Source: Lingula anatina
Lineage: Eukaryota > Animalia > Brachiopoda
Reading direction: 5' to 3'
DNA: 64,000 nt
NCBI GenBank assembly: GCA_051362555.1
Contig: CM120641.1
Coordinates: forward strand, 12,152,001 to 12,216,000
Part shown: positions 11,902 through 24,035 of the stretch, piece by piece
Numbering within the stretch: the stretch's first letter is position 1
Layout: each line of letters starts with the position of its first letter
Position numbers and translations under genes: made by a program
Notes under the pieces: model-generated
What the model saw: only the letters and a program-made list of their open reading frames with translations
Database searches by the model: none
Told to the model about the DNA's origin: nothing

Positions 11902-12782
11902 CTGCTAAAGACAAACCCATCGTTTTGGTCATCGGCGCCAGTGGTAATGTTGGAAGCGCCACCCTGCAAGCCTTGTCAGACAACTACAGTGACAAAGTGG
12001 ATATTCGAGCGGGAGTTCGAGATCCTTCTAAAGCTGAAAAGTTGACAGCCATCAAAGGCGTCACTGTCGTGAAGGCAGAAATGGGGGCAGAAGACCTGGA
12101 GGAGGTGTTAAAGGGAGTCGACGCTCTCTTCATTGTTACCCCCGGTTCTGAAGATCGCGCACAGAAGGCGGTTGCAACTGCAGAAGCGGCCAAAAAAGCT
12201 CAGGTGAAACATCTCCTAGTGGTCAGTGTCTTGACGGCTGATAAAACCGATACTATTTTTGGCAAGCAATTTTCAGAAATAGAATCAACCATTGCGAAAA
12301 TGGACGTCCCATTCAGTTTCTTGCGATTGCCGATGTTTGTCGATAATTATTTCCTGTTCAAAGAGTCCATAAAAGATCAGGGTGCGATCTATTCGCCAGC
12401 GGACCCCGCTCAGTCGTACACACCAGTGGTAGTGAAAGATGTGGGTCTGGCTGCGGCGGTAATTTTGTCTGATCCCAAAGACCATGCCGGGAAAACATAT
12501 ACCCTTTGTGGTGATAAGCACTCGTTCTCCGACGTAGCAACCGCTTTTGGAGAAGCCTTGGGAAAGGAAGTTACGTACACGCAGGTACCATACGAGGACG
12601 CCAAGACGGCATTTCTGGAAAAGGGTTTCCCTGAATGGCAGGTAGACGGACTCCTGGAACTGTACAAGACGATAGATGACGGCACACATACAGGTGACCC
12701 AGATCAGTTGAAGGAGGTTACTGGAAAAGAACCTACAACACTGAATGACTGGGTTAAAAGCGTGGCCGAGAACTTCAAATAG
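11902..12782 (+). CDS. NmrA-like atypical SDR / NAD(P)H azoreductase-like oxidoreductase, exon 3 (entire catalytic domain)
   Basis: tttttttcag|CT GCT AAA...TAG; Rossmann motif VLVIGASGNVG, AGVRDPSKA, LKGVDALF, LRLPMFVDN, KDVGLAAAVILSDP, HAGKTYTLCG, GFPEWQVDGLLELY, VTGKEPTTLNDW. Confidence 0.9.
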
Positions 12783-13428
12783 ATTTAGTCATTTTAAAGT
12801 ACATTTTATTATGAGCGACCTGAGTGTGAAATTGATTAGCAAGCATATTTTTATATGATGCCAATTCGATTACATTAGTGTTAAGTTATCACAAAAACAC
12901 GTCAAGATGGTACTGAAATATTATTGCGACTTTTTGTATAGACTACATGTATAATGATAGCATTACTAAATCTTAATCTTAATCCTAAGCCAAGATGTTG
13001 TAACAAGCACTGATATTGGTTATAATTAAAAAAGACCAATTTCATGCACTATATGCGTATTTTCATATTAGTTGATGCAATTTTAATGCTAATAATAATA
13101 ACAATAATGAAGCAAACTGCATAATGCTATTTGGTTAACTTGGTGAAAAAAGGCCAGACTTATCGAGTTTTTACTTCAGGAAAAAGGTTCAGTGACATGC
13201 TACTGGTTGACAAAATTAATTCCACATGTACCAAATTTTTCCCGACCCCCTGAAAAAACTGTAAAGCCACAAACTTATCTGCAGCCCAACCTTTCGGAAA
13301 ATGAACTGTCCAACCTATTTCTATTTTGTGCCAGTTCCAGGCAATAAAAGAGAACGGGTTTCGATGGGTGATGCTTTATTTCTTCATCGGGAGAGTTGTT
13401 CGTAGGTTCTGTGAACTAAGCGTACCTG

Positions 13429-13574
13429 GGCCCGTAACTCAAAAGCATCGTGCATTGCGAACAGCGATATCACACAGAGGCTACAATGAATTTTATGTGG
13501 CAAGTATGGGCGAGTTATGGAATCGAGACGCTTGCGCTCGGTGGCAATGCGCGATGCTTTCGAGTTACGGGGCC
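13429..13574. mobile_element. PIF/Harbinger-type hairpin MITE
   Basis: About 35-bp imperfect arms GGCCCGTAACTCAAAAGCATCG... / ...CGATGCTTTCGAGTTACGGGGCC; CTG on both flanks (CWG TSD). Confidence 0.65.
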
Positions 13575-16500
13575 CTGGTGTACAGGAGCGCGGTGAGCGG
13601 AAGAAGACTGCAACTTTTCCGGCGAGCGTTTCTGATCCAAGTAAGGGAGACAAAACTAAACGTTTTGGAGAACGTTGGAATAAATTGGCATACAAGTGAT
13701 CAAAATCAGTAGTTTAGAAATAAATTGAATATATTAAGTTAGTTCGTTGTTGTTTACAGTACAAATATGTGCTTGTGTGAGAGCTTGAAATAAAAAGAAA
13801 ATACATGCAGTCGATGATCGCAACATCGAAGTACCGGAATCGAACCAGAAAATGAAATAGTCACACATCAATTAGGAAGTTCCTTTTTCATTTGACATGT
13901 ATTTTTTTAAAGTAAGACATAAATCCAGACATACACCCTTAAATTTGCATGTAATTTTTATTGATAACTGAAATACACCTTTGAACAAGAAAAAATAGGT
14001 CTCCAGTGTCGTAAGTTAGAAATATGTTTTCACTGTTCCGGGTTAACCTTCGGTGACCGGGTCCCAATAAAATACAAGCAACAGTTAAAGTGCTATTCCA
14101 CGAGTATCCTTAAGTGTTAAAATATCATTGCGTTCATGAGGAGGCAGCACATCAAACTAAAGGTCCAATAACCCTTTCGGTATGAACCAGGCGGGACATT
14201 ATCCTAGCTCTCATCTTGTTACCATTCTGCCGTTTTTCGCAGATTTACACGTTCTGTCCCCGTTGAACAATAAAAGTAAACCCAGCCCTGTCAATCGTCA
14301 GGAATGCGTTTGCTATATAATATAGGCAATGTCGCAATCACATCGTCCAACGAGCTATTTCTATGTAACGTTAATTGTATGCCGAGCTCTGCTGTATACC
14401 ACATTCCCTCTTTGACGTATTAACTATCAGTTGTAAGTTTCGCTGAATGGAATTCGTAAATTTACAATACTAAAAAACATTTCTTTAACTTACTTTTTTT
14501 TCAAATTTTATAACTTGCCTTTTCAAATATGTGAAATATAAAGTATTCCTAAATTACTAAATGCACATATTACTTAAATTACATCATATTTTAAAGAATA
14601 TATTAAACACCTACAGTATTTAGCACTTTGTAGGTACATGTATACAGTGTCTGTCATAGGAATGAGGAAGCTTTTTATGCAATATATAGATACGTTACTT
14701 TTATAAGCTTTAAATAATTGGCTAGAAACTATAACACCATTACCAAGATATAGACTGTATAGCAACATTAAATTCTGTTAAGATGGAAGATTTGTGTGAA
14801 AAAATATGACTGTATATAAGATTTTGAAAAACCTCAACCTAGAAAAGTATATCATATATCAAAATATAACATATAACATTAACAAAACTGGCTTTTAACA
14901 TGTTTTACATTTCATCTTGATCACTGAAAGGGATTTTCAATTGCACTAATTTTTCAAAGCTCAGCTGTTATTACATGCAATATACCTTGCAAAAATGCTT
15001 ATTAAATGATTATTTCCCAGCTGCAATTTAAAGGATTTACTATACATACTTATAGAAATACATTCTTATCCGGCTTTTTATGACACCTGAGATTTCAAAC
15101 TCTTAACTCTCCTTTCCAATTCGAGTTCAATCCAAAGCATTATTTTGCCTCAACAAAGTGAAGTAATTGAGAAAAATCTATAATAAGTCTTTATTGATGC
15201 AGAAGAAAACCTGCTCCAATCATTCATGTTGAATAATATGCATACATGCATAAAGAAATAGACCTCAATCCTCAGTAATTACATCCTGTTCTGCTATATT
15301 CAGCACAGCCAGGTATTGGAGACATCTTCAACACCTAATTACGCATTATCAAAACTGGGTAACTGCATTGTACATCTCACCATTACTCCTCAATTCTCTA
15401 CTGGTAAAAAATACCTTTGTCACTACCAGTACATGCTTTAATAACACTCTTTAAATGCTAATCAATTGCGGCAAACAAAAAATGGAAAATATGGAAAAAT
15501 AATCATCATTCCCACCACATTCTAGTTAATGTTGTGGACCTTTCTGGGTGTTATGTTTGTCATCACATTCAAGTAGCCTAATGATGGTTTAGTTCACTAA
15601 GCAGTGTGCTATCCCAGCAGACCATGTGATCACAATATCTAACCTCAAGAAGCATGTCTAATCCTTCAGCAGACCCACATAACCTTAGTGAGCCAGTCTA
15701 CTCCTTCCACTGTTCTGTCAACTGCCAATATTCTAGTTTTTAGGCATGTTCATTGCCCAAGAAGGGGGGGGGGGGGGGGTCAGACATTGTGATTAAAAGG
15801 TCTGCTGAGATCCTGCTGTACAAAGGTCATCTGCCACGAATGACGGTAGACTGAGAATACACCATTAGAAATTAAACACAATCGCACATTATTACAAAAA
15901 CAGAAAAAAATGCATTTTAACCAGCAGTCTTCAAACATAAAAGATACTTAAATGAAGAAAATACTTAAAAAAGAATAACTTTAAAAAACAAAACATCCAG
16001 ACACTGATGCATGTATATATACGTAATATCACTTGCTGACAGGAAAAGATCTTTGTGGACAAGGACCCTGTTTACTTCCAGAAGAACCACATGAATGGAA
16101 GGGTATTATTTGTAACAAATCCAGTTGTTACACTGACACATAAGGATGTCATAGCCCCACATTCCACATGTATGCAGAGCAATACAGGCCTGTGGCTATA
16201 TCTGTACCAATGGAATATTTTTAAAGAAAAAAAAAGAAAAGAAATGAAAACATGGAACAGCTAATTTCACACTACTACATGAACCACAACCTGAATATCA
16301 TAAATATAATTAACATTTAGTAGATTTAATAGATAGGACTAAGAGATGAACACTTTTTTTAATAAAGTAGGATCATGACCTCAAATGGAAATAATTATCT
16401 TCCTGGCAAATGGAATACACAATGTACAGTAATAAAACATATTTCAAACTTGTCAAAAATAGTGCTCCTTGTTTCTCAAGCACTTAAATTGATATTGGAA

Positions 16501-16732
16501 TTCTTAGTTAATGTGTTATTTTAATGATTTCCTCCTAGGTGAAGAGGAATGTGCAAAATGTTATGTATAAATAGAATATATGTAAATGTAGGTCTGATTA
16601 TTTTTTCTTCTTTTATAATGAGCATCTGCAGCTGTCTTCCCCCACAGAAAAAAGGACTTATAAAACAGCTCTCTTTTCATAAAATCCTATTCAGACAGCT
16701 GTCTTCTTAATTCCCTGGGTGTTGCCACCTAG

Positions 16733-16922
16733 TTAACAACTGCATCCACTTTTCCTGTCTGCCTCCTCCAGCTCCACACCTTTCTTTCCATTTTTCCCCA
16801 TTTTGCCCCCTGCCGTCTTGTCTACACTCTGTTCCATACGCAGCATCACCTTGTCCAGGAGACATTCAATGGCTTTGGTAACATTTTGTGAAGTAGCAGC
16901 ACTTGTCTCAAAGTATGGAATA
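16733..16922 (-). CDS. RAB27: Rab27 GTPase, last coding exon
   Basis: ttccag|T ATT CCA TAC...; [14 protein letters not shown]...[15 protein letters not shown]...SGCSC* (G5 box and CXC prenylation motif); 190 nt. Confidence 0.95.
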
Positions 16923-17577
16923 CTGGAACAAGAGACATTGTAATAATGATGTTCATGGTTGCCATTTGTTCTCACTGATGTACATTAAAATGAAAGAAAT
17001 TCAATGACTTTGATAATATTCATGGCCATGGCATATGTCAGTCAGCACAGAAAACAGAAACCAAAAATTATCAGTGATTTATACCTGTGGCCAATCATTA
17101 TTAATATAAACTCCAAGGAATTCTTTCAGTTAGACTGACGTTTTGCAGTGCAAATCTGATCCTGACAACTGTGGCCTACTCTCTGACCACAGGTCTGCTA
17201 GTAGTCTGTTACAAAATTATTGTATTGGACCCTGTGGGAACTGAAATGGTCAAGAGGAACATGTTCCTCGTCAGACATACCCTTTGTATTTGTCAGAGTG
17301 AGGGGATTTAGGGGGGGGGGGGGGGAGGGGGATTTCACAGGTAGGTGTTGAGTAGTGCATATCAACCAGCTGCCGAGCTGAGTGATTACACCCAACCCAA
17401 AAAGTCATCCTTCTCTGCTGCTGAGTCCCTGACATTGGTACAGGTGGGGTAGTTAGAGTAGACATGATTGAGTGACATCCTACAGGGGGCTATTCTTCAA
17501 TTTTGTCCACTCTTTTAGAGGCCCCTGTGATATGAGAGGTAACTGCTGTGGTCACACTGTGCAACTAGACTGCCTAT

Positions 17578-19737
17578 AGACCTTTTTCATCTTTTCCGGA
17601 AATACGAAGTGCGCACGACAGGAACCGCGCGCCACAGGGGTCATGATGGTCCTCTGCTGTTTCCAGCATGGCAATGCTAGGTGTAGATGATATGCAAGGT
17701 GTGCATATAAAAAGGTCGTTTGCAGCTTGCACTGCTTTCTGTCAAACTAAAAAGGTGGCTGAAGCACAGAAATGCGTAAACTGTAGGCAAGAAAACAGCT
17801 ACTTGGACGGAGAATCAATCAATTAAATGTTTTTTCTCAGTTTAAATACGATGCGCTGTACAACTAGACTTCACCTAAGCGTCCGAGCCTTGGCTGCACT
17901 TTCAATAGTGATGACAAACTAAAGCTTCAGAGTTCTTTTAAATGCCTCCGATAATAAAGATATGCGAAAGAGGCTCGTTATTTTATATATATATTAAATC
18001 AAAACAGCCAGTAGACTCGTACACAGCTTTCAAGAGTGTGGACAGGTGCGTAGGCCTACGTCTTCACAATATTACATGTATATATGCAAGCTGTGGCGAT
18101 ATCACCTCATTTACCGGCAGAATCAATTCATTGCGATTTTTATGTCTTGTTTGAAGGGTGTCTTAAGAGATTTTTGAAATGATAAAATGAAAAGATTCCC
18201 TGCATTGTTTGACTCGTACCTAAAAGTGACACGCAGATTGTTCGTCGGTGAACTGATTAAATCGTTTGGTACCTGATAAGGCTTATCAGGTGTTACTTGT
18301 TCAATTGTTCAGTTAGGGGGCGGCCACAACTACGACCTTTCCTCTGTAATTAAAACCTTCTAATTTATAAGTGTTAAACAGGTGAGACAGGAATTCTCGA
18401 ATCTTTCCCAGACGATAATTAAAGTTTACCGTGTCTTACTCTAGTATATGCACAAAATTTACGACAGGTAAAAAATGTCAGACTTTCGGTCTGACAAGTA
18501 TGAACATTTTCTCAAACTGAAACAAAACCGTCAGGCAAAAACAAAATTATAGCAACAGACCAAATTATTTGATTTTTAAATGTTTTCATGCGTATTTTCA
18601 TCGTTTTCAATCAAAGACAATAAAATCATTCAAATAAAGTGTTTTCCACACATTTCATGCTTTTTAACTATCTAAGACAGAGTTAAATATACGTAGGCCT
18701 ACTTTAATACTAAGCATATTTGCATTACTTTAAAAATACTGTACGTTAATTGTTTTATTATTTTTATTATCCATTTTGTCTTTACCATACATTATGCACG
18801 TGTAGCTTACAGAAAGGCTTCTCTGCATTAAGAATATATGCCCATTGAATTTTCCAATTCTCTTGTCATTGAGTTCAGAAATAAATAACTTTTTATTTTG
18901 CCGGTAACGCGTTCAACAAGGGCCGATGTACGTTATTCTTCGTATGTCTCTGTTGATCTTGATAATATGAGCCCCATTTGTACAAATCAGTAATACGTAC
19001 AGGGTGTACGGGACTGGATACATAATGATAAAAATTTTATTAACGTCTCACGTTAAAAAAAAAAAATAGAACCCACCCTACTAAGGGTTATTAGAGACTA
19101 AAACCTGTGTTAGGCCTACATTTAAAATGATCACTTGTCAATAAAACACACACAAAAAGGATATTACATACAAAACTTTTCAAACCTTCTCTTTGTTGTT
19201 ACACAAAAAGTCGTGAAAGTTCTTGAATTTTTTGTAAGTAGAATCCCCGTGTAAAACCTCACAGCTTTTACTTTCTTTTTCCATAATCTCATACTTAAAG
19301 TCTTTTCTTTCTTTTTAGGCCCCTATTCTTCAATTTTTTCTTCAGAACTTTGTTTTTATCGCATTGTTTACCCCCGAGTTCTAGTTCGTTATATCCGTTG
19401 ATTAACTAAGCATTTCTGTTTTTATTAAAGCACCGTTGATCTCCTAATATTATAATTTTTCTTCCCGCCTTCGAAATGTTCAGCGCAAACGCGGTGCCCT
19501 GCTTTTGATCCAAACCTGCTATATTTTCCTTTCTTTCTACCATATTTTTCATTCTAACGGGTTTGTTGGGAACTTATTATACCTCATGTGTCAATCTCGC
19601 TTACTGTTATTGTAGCAGCGGGACAAAAAGCACGTAAACTCAGCCATGGTTTTTAGCACCGCTGTAAGTGTTTCGACATAGCAGGGCTCCCGTACCCACA
19701 ATGCAATTTCCATTTCCGGAAAAGATGAAAAAGGTCT
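17578..19737. mobile_element. Decayed ISL2EU/Harbinger-related DNA transposon (about 2.16 kb)
   Basis: Perfect inverted repeat 17575-17603 / 19712-19740 (TATAGACCTTTTTCATCTTTTCCGGAAAT), parsable as AT TSD plus AG...CT termini; internal THAP remnant. Confidence 0.75.
19426..19647 (-). pseudogene. Decayed THAP zinc-finger coding remnant within the transposon
   Basis: MAEFTCFLSRCYNNSKRD*HMRYNKFPTNPLE*KIW, frameshift, then GHRVCAEHFEGGKK: C-x4-C...FP...W...C-x2-HF pattern with stops. Confidence 0.75.
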
Positions 19738-19954
19738 ATATCTGGTGTCACTGTGTGACAACATAATTACCCTACCTTCCACCATTGTATAGCCTAAACA
19801 CAGCATGTAAAATAATGGGTACACTTTTTATATAGGATTAGAAGACTGAACTTGAAAGAGAAAAAATTTGAACACTAATGACTGCCTTCTAGACTCCAAA
19901 TTAATTTCAAATAAAAAATACTGTGACTATATTCATTATTTTTTACTACTAATG

Positions 19955-20563
19955 TTACAAGTTATTCAAAACTCAGCTGCAAGACTGGTTGTCAAATTAA
20001 GTACAATAGTACACACCATATCACTCCCATTCTGAAAGAATTACACTGGCTGCCTGTGAAGCAGAGGATTGATTTTAAAGTACTTTGTATTATTTTTAAG
20101 GCGATCCATTCATAAGGACCATTATATTTATCTGATCTTATCTGTTTTAACTTACCACGGCGGTCCACACGTTTTAATACTGAGAATGATTTTATTTTAG
20201 AACATTCTGTTTTAGAGAAGGGGTGCCTCAAAAGTTATGGAGATTGTGCTTTTATAATCTACGACCCAAAAGTGTGGAATGGTCTACCAAATTTTATTAG
20301 AAAAACAGAAGACTTTGACAATTTTAAATCTCTTTTAAAGACACACATTTTTAATTCTGTCTATATCTCTTAGATTTTTTTAAAAAATATATGTATATGT
20401 ATTTTAATAAGATGATTTTTAGTAGTGTAAATTTTAAATGGTTTCCAATGAGAGTTTATGATTAAAATATTGTAGTCATTTTAATGATTTTAGTATATTA
20501 GCCATTATTGTAAGGCGCCTTGAGATAGAATGTAAGGCGGCATATAAGAATCTTATTATTATT
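19955..20563 (+). mobile_element. 5'-truncated L2/CR1-clade LINE 3' end
   Basis: QVIQNSAARLV...HITPILKELHWLPVKQRIDFKVLCIIFKAIH with stops and frameshifts; GTAAGGCGCCTTGAG...TATAAG 3' motif and (TAT)n tail. Confidence 0.85.
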
Positions 20564-21667
20564 AATGTTTAGAAGTGAGGTTTCAACTCTGTCACAAAGT
20601 CTTATAAACACACTCCCTTCCCCAATCATCACTTTTGTCACCAGAAAAATAGAAAACAGGGATGAGATATATATACTACTGCATTACACTGACAGACATG
20701 TAAAAACATCCTTCCTGAATCCCATGGTGACCAAATGGTCAAACCACAAAATACCCACAGAAGGATGAAAAAAAGATACAACCAGATTACAGTACCCTCC
20801 TTTTTTCTTTCTTTCTTTCTTTCTTTTCTTTTTTTTTTTTTTTTGGGGGGGGGGGGAGGGGAGAGAAGATGTATGAACACTCTATATCATAATGAATTGT
20901 TTATCATACTTCCTTCAGCATTTTCAGATATAAGCAACTGATGGTGCTACATATCTCCAACATGTATGATGGATGGCTGTCAGGAGCAATTTTCTTTGTT
21001 TAAGAGCAGGCTCAAGCCTGTATTATAAAAAATTCTAGGATGAGATGGCTGATCCTTTGGATGGACATTTACCATTGCAAATACATGTGCTGGTATGATA
21101 CTGCATGTGCAATAAAGAAAACCCATTTGGCTTACATGTTTTGTTTCACCTTCCATACAAAAAGATGTATATCAATTGCTTTCCTCAGTCTTGAATATCA
21201 TGATTTACTAAAAACAGTTCTTGTCTGAAGACACAGGTGCTCTCTCTATTCTTGAGCTTATATTGCCAGTGATCTCATCTGCTGGCTTGTCATGAAGTAA
21301 GTGAGTTCTTGTGTTCAGTTTTCCAGACTGACATTTATCTAAGCATGCTACAACGGAATAACTCCCTGCAGACATTTAGCTCAATACCAATGAAAGATAT
21401 GTACTAGTAGCTGTATCTGTTTACTTCATACATTGTACCTGCACATGTTGGTGAAATCATCAGTTTTTATACAAAGTAGAATACACAAAAATATCCAATT
21501 AAAAACACAAGGAAATAGCAAAATCAAAGAATCACAAAAACTTCCAAATTTCCTGTGTGTAATACCTCATTGTGAGACACTACTATCTAAAGGGCTGAGA
21601 TTTAAGGGGGAGGGGGGTCCTTGGTGATCTGACATAACTGAAAACTACTGTCATGCCTATATGTTTT

Positions 21668-22378
21668 CAATGATGGCAAAACAGAAGTAGTCACTTTACC
21701 TCTTGTTTTTCTAAAGATGCAGAAAAATTAGAAATCAGAAAGAGTATGGTCACGGTAAAAGACGAGATTAAAAACCTAGGAGTAATTTTTGATAATAAGT
21801 GCGATATGGCCGCTGACATCAGTAAAAAATGCAGAGCTGCTTTCTATGGTCTTAAAAAAATCTCCAAACTATCCCATATCCTTGACAAAGGTCAAATGGA
21901 GAGGCTTGTCCATGCCTTCTTAACTTCACATCTTGACTACGGAAACAGTCTACTGTATGGTCTTCCTACCTACCAAATTGAAAAACTGCAATTTGTCCAA
22001 AATGCTACAGCACGACTACTGACCAAAACCCCTCTCAGATCAAACACCTATTTTATTCAAACTACATTGGCTTTACGTATGACAGAGAACTGATTTTAAG
22101 TTACTGCTGTTTGTTTTTAAATTCACCAGAGGTGAATGCCCTTCATATTTTTCTTATTTGCACAGTATTTCAACTAAAATTTAATACTTGAAACTATACA
22201 TTTTATCAGAAAAACGTTTTATTGTTTCAGACCATTACTATTATTAATTATTTTAATTATTTTCTTTACCTTAGCTTTTATTATTTACATAATTACTTGT
22301 AATTCTGATAATTTTATTTGTAAACAGCACCGAGACTGTAGTGTAGAGCGGTTTTTAAGAAATAAATAATATTATTAT
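21668..22378 (+). mobile_element. 5'-truncated L2/CR1-clade LINE (RT C-terminus and 3' end)
   Basis: NDGKTEV...KNLGVIFD...LVHAFLTSHLDYGNSLLYGLP...LQFVQNATARLL...LHWL; ends in AATAAAT/TAT tail. Confidence 0.85.
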
Positions 22379-23091
22379 GTCGTGCACCAACTAATTGATC
22401 ATTTTATGACGTGTGTACGCATAGTCTGATGAGATATTTATAGGGGAAAACACAATGGCAATGCAAATGAGGAACGTCAAGCCAGTGCTATGTGCGCAAA
22501 TATGCAAATCAATCCCTGCTTGTCTATCGGAAGCGGCTTCTCACCCTGTTCATGCACAACGAGGAGTTAATTACCGCTTATTGTAAGTTGACGTAATTAC
22601 ATAATTTTTTATCTGCTGGTACTGTCCCTTTTTCTAGGCTGAGGCAGGTCATATCTCCTGAACTTGTTGGGGTGGAACAGGGGTTGGAAGAAGTTGGAGT
22701 GGGCCGGGGGTTGGGCTTTGAGGGGTTTGGTGGAGTTGTGGGTAGGAAGGGGTCTGGGGCAGGTTAAATACGATAAAATATGATTATAAATTTATGAATA
22801 TGTATTTTTGGGAGACATATAGGCACGCCTGTATACTGATAAAACCAAATCATATAAGAAAACACAGGTTCTTATATTATGTTAACATATATAAAATATG
22901 TGCTCATTACTGCAAGACTGAAAAACACAGTTCAGTCATCTTTAAAAAAAAAAGATGCAAAATTTGTTTTTACAAATACAAAAATAAAACAATTAAAAAA
23001 CAAATAAATAATACAACATTTATAAATAAATAAACATGATGGGTTGCTGTGCTGAGTAAGACAAACATAACCCACAAACTTAAAAACCTAC

Positions 23092-23319
23092 CCATATTTT
23101 TCAGCAATTGCCTTAGCTTTCTCCTCTGGTACAACTCTCAGATCTTCCAGATCAGCTTTGTTGCCACAGAGGACAATGTCTGGGTTCTCACAATAAGCGT
23201 GTGTCTGCAGCTGTGCCATCCAGTTACGAATATTCAGGAAAGACTGTTCACTGGTCAGATCAAACAGCAGGATAAAACCCATGGCATCTCGAAAGAAAGC
23301 AGTCGTTAAACTACGGAAT
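23092..23319 (-). CDS. RAB27: Rab27 GTPase, coding exon 4
   Basis: ttccag|A TTC CGT...TAT GG|gtagg, 228 nt; [57 protein letters not shown]. Confidence 0.97.
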
Positions 23320-23457
23320 CTGGAAGTAAATTTAAATTACTTGAAAGTAATGGCATCCAAATTGCCAATCCTATGCTATGCTGATTAATGGTACCTTTAA
23401 AAGTTGTCCATCATAGTTGGTAAATTTCATAAGATGACTACATGTACACTGTAAGTT

Positions 23458-23775
23458 CAGGCCTACCCAACTACCAGATTTGGCACCGCATGATCTTGAA
23501 TTCACCGGTAGATTGGACCACACTACCCGTTTTCCAGGTGTGCATCAGTATGCATTTCACAGTATCATACCCCGGCACAAATTTTGAGATGAGATGCATT
23601 ACCTTCCAACCCCACTGAGAATCATCACTATCACATCGCGTACTAGGCAAGAGCGGTGCAGCGCCTGATACTTCGAAGCGCGTACTGATACACACCTTGA
23701 AAACGGGTAGTGTGGTCCGATCTACCGGTGAATTCAAGATTATGCGGTGTCCAGTCTGGTAGTTGGGTAGGCCTG
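23458..23775. mobile_element. Fold-back MITE with CAG termini and 5-bp TSD
   Basis: About 100-bp imperfect inverted arms starting CAGGCCTACCCAACTACCAGA; AAGTT at 23453-23457 and 23776-23780. Confidence 0.85.
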
Positions 23776-23949
23776 AAGTTGCATGGTGCTGCTACATGTG
23801 ACACAGTGACATTTGCTGGTCTGTGAAATGTATGGCAGCCTGTCCTGGGCTTATTTGTCATCTGTGCCATCTACTTTTCTTTATCCCTGTCCTGCTGTGT
23901 CTTATAACTGCAGATAAAATCTGCACACTGTGCCATCTATTGCTCTTAC

Positions 23950-24035
23950 CTTTCCTGTCCTGCTGTGTCCCATAACTGCAGGTGTACTCTTTGACTTCTA
24001 CCCACAGTGCCATCTACTGTTGGGCTACGGTGTAC
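23950..24035 (-). CDS. RAB27: Rab27 GTPase, coding exon 3
   Basis: attag|GTA CAC...GAA AG|gtaag, 86 nt; VHRSPTVDGTVGRSQRVHLQLWDTAGQER with the Rab27-specific insert. Confidence 0.95.

Noticed and set aside
11984-12689. Minus-strand ORFs overlapping the SDR exon
   Set aside because: Antisense shadows of a real coding exon; no recognisable motifs
13326-13712. Overlapping ORFs of 60-128 aa
   Set aside because: They span a GC-richer hairpin MITE; no splice or homology support
17254-17269. Perfect 16-bp palindrome GAGGAACATGTTCCTC containing a p53-type half-site
   Set aside because: Only one half-site; an isolated palindrome is not evidence of function
22670-22765. G-rich tract with G-quadruplex potential
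   Set aside because: Irregular G-runs in an intron with no functional evidence
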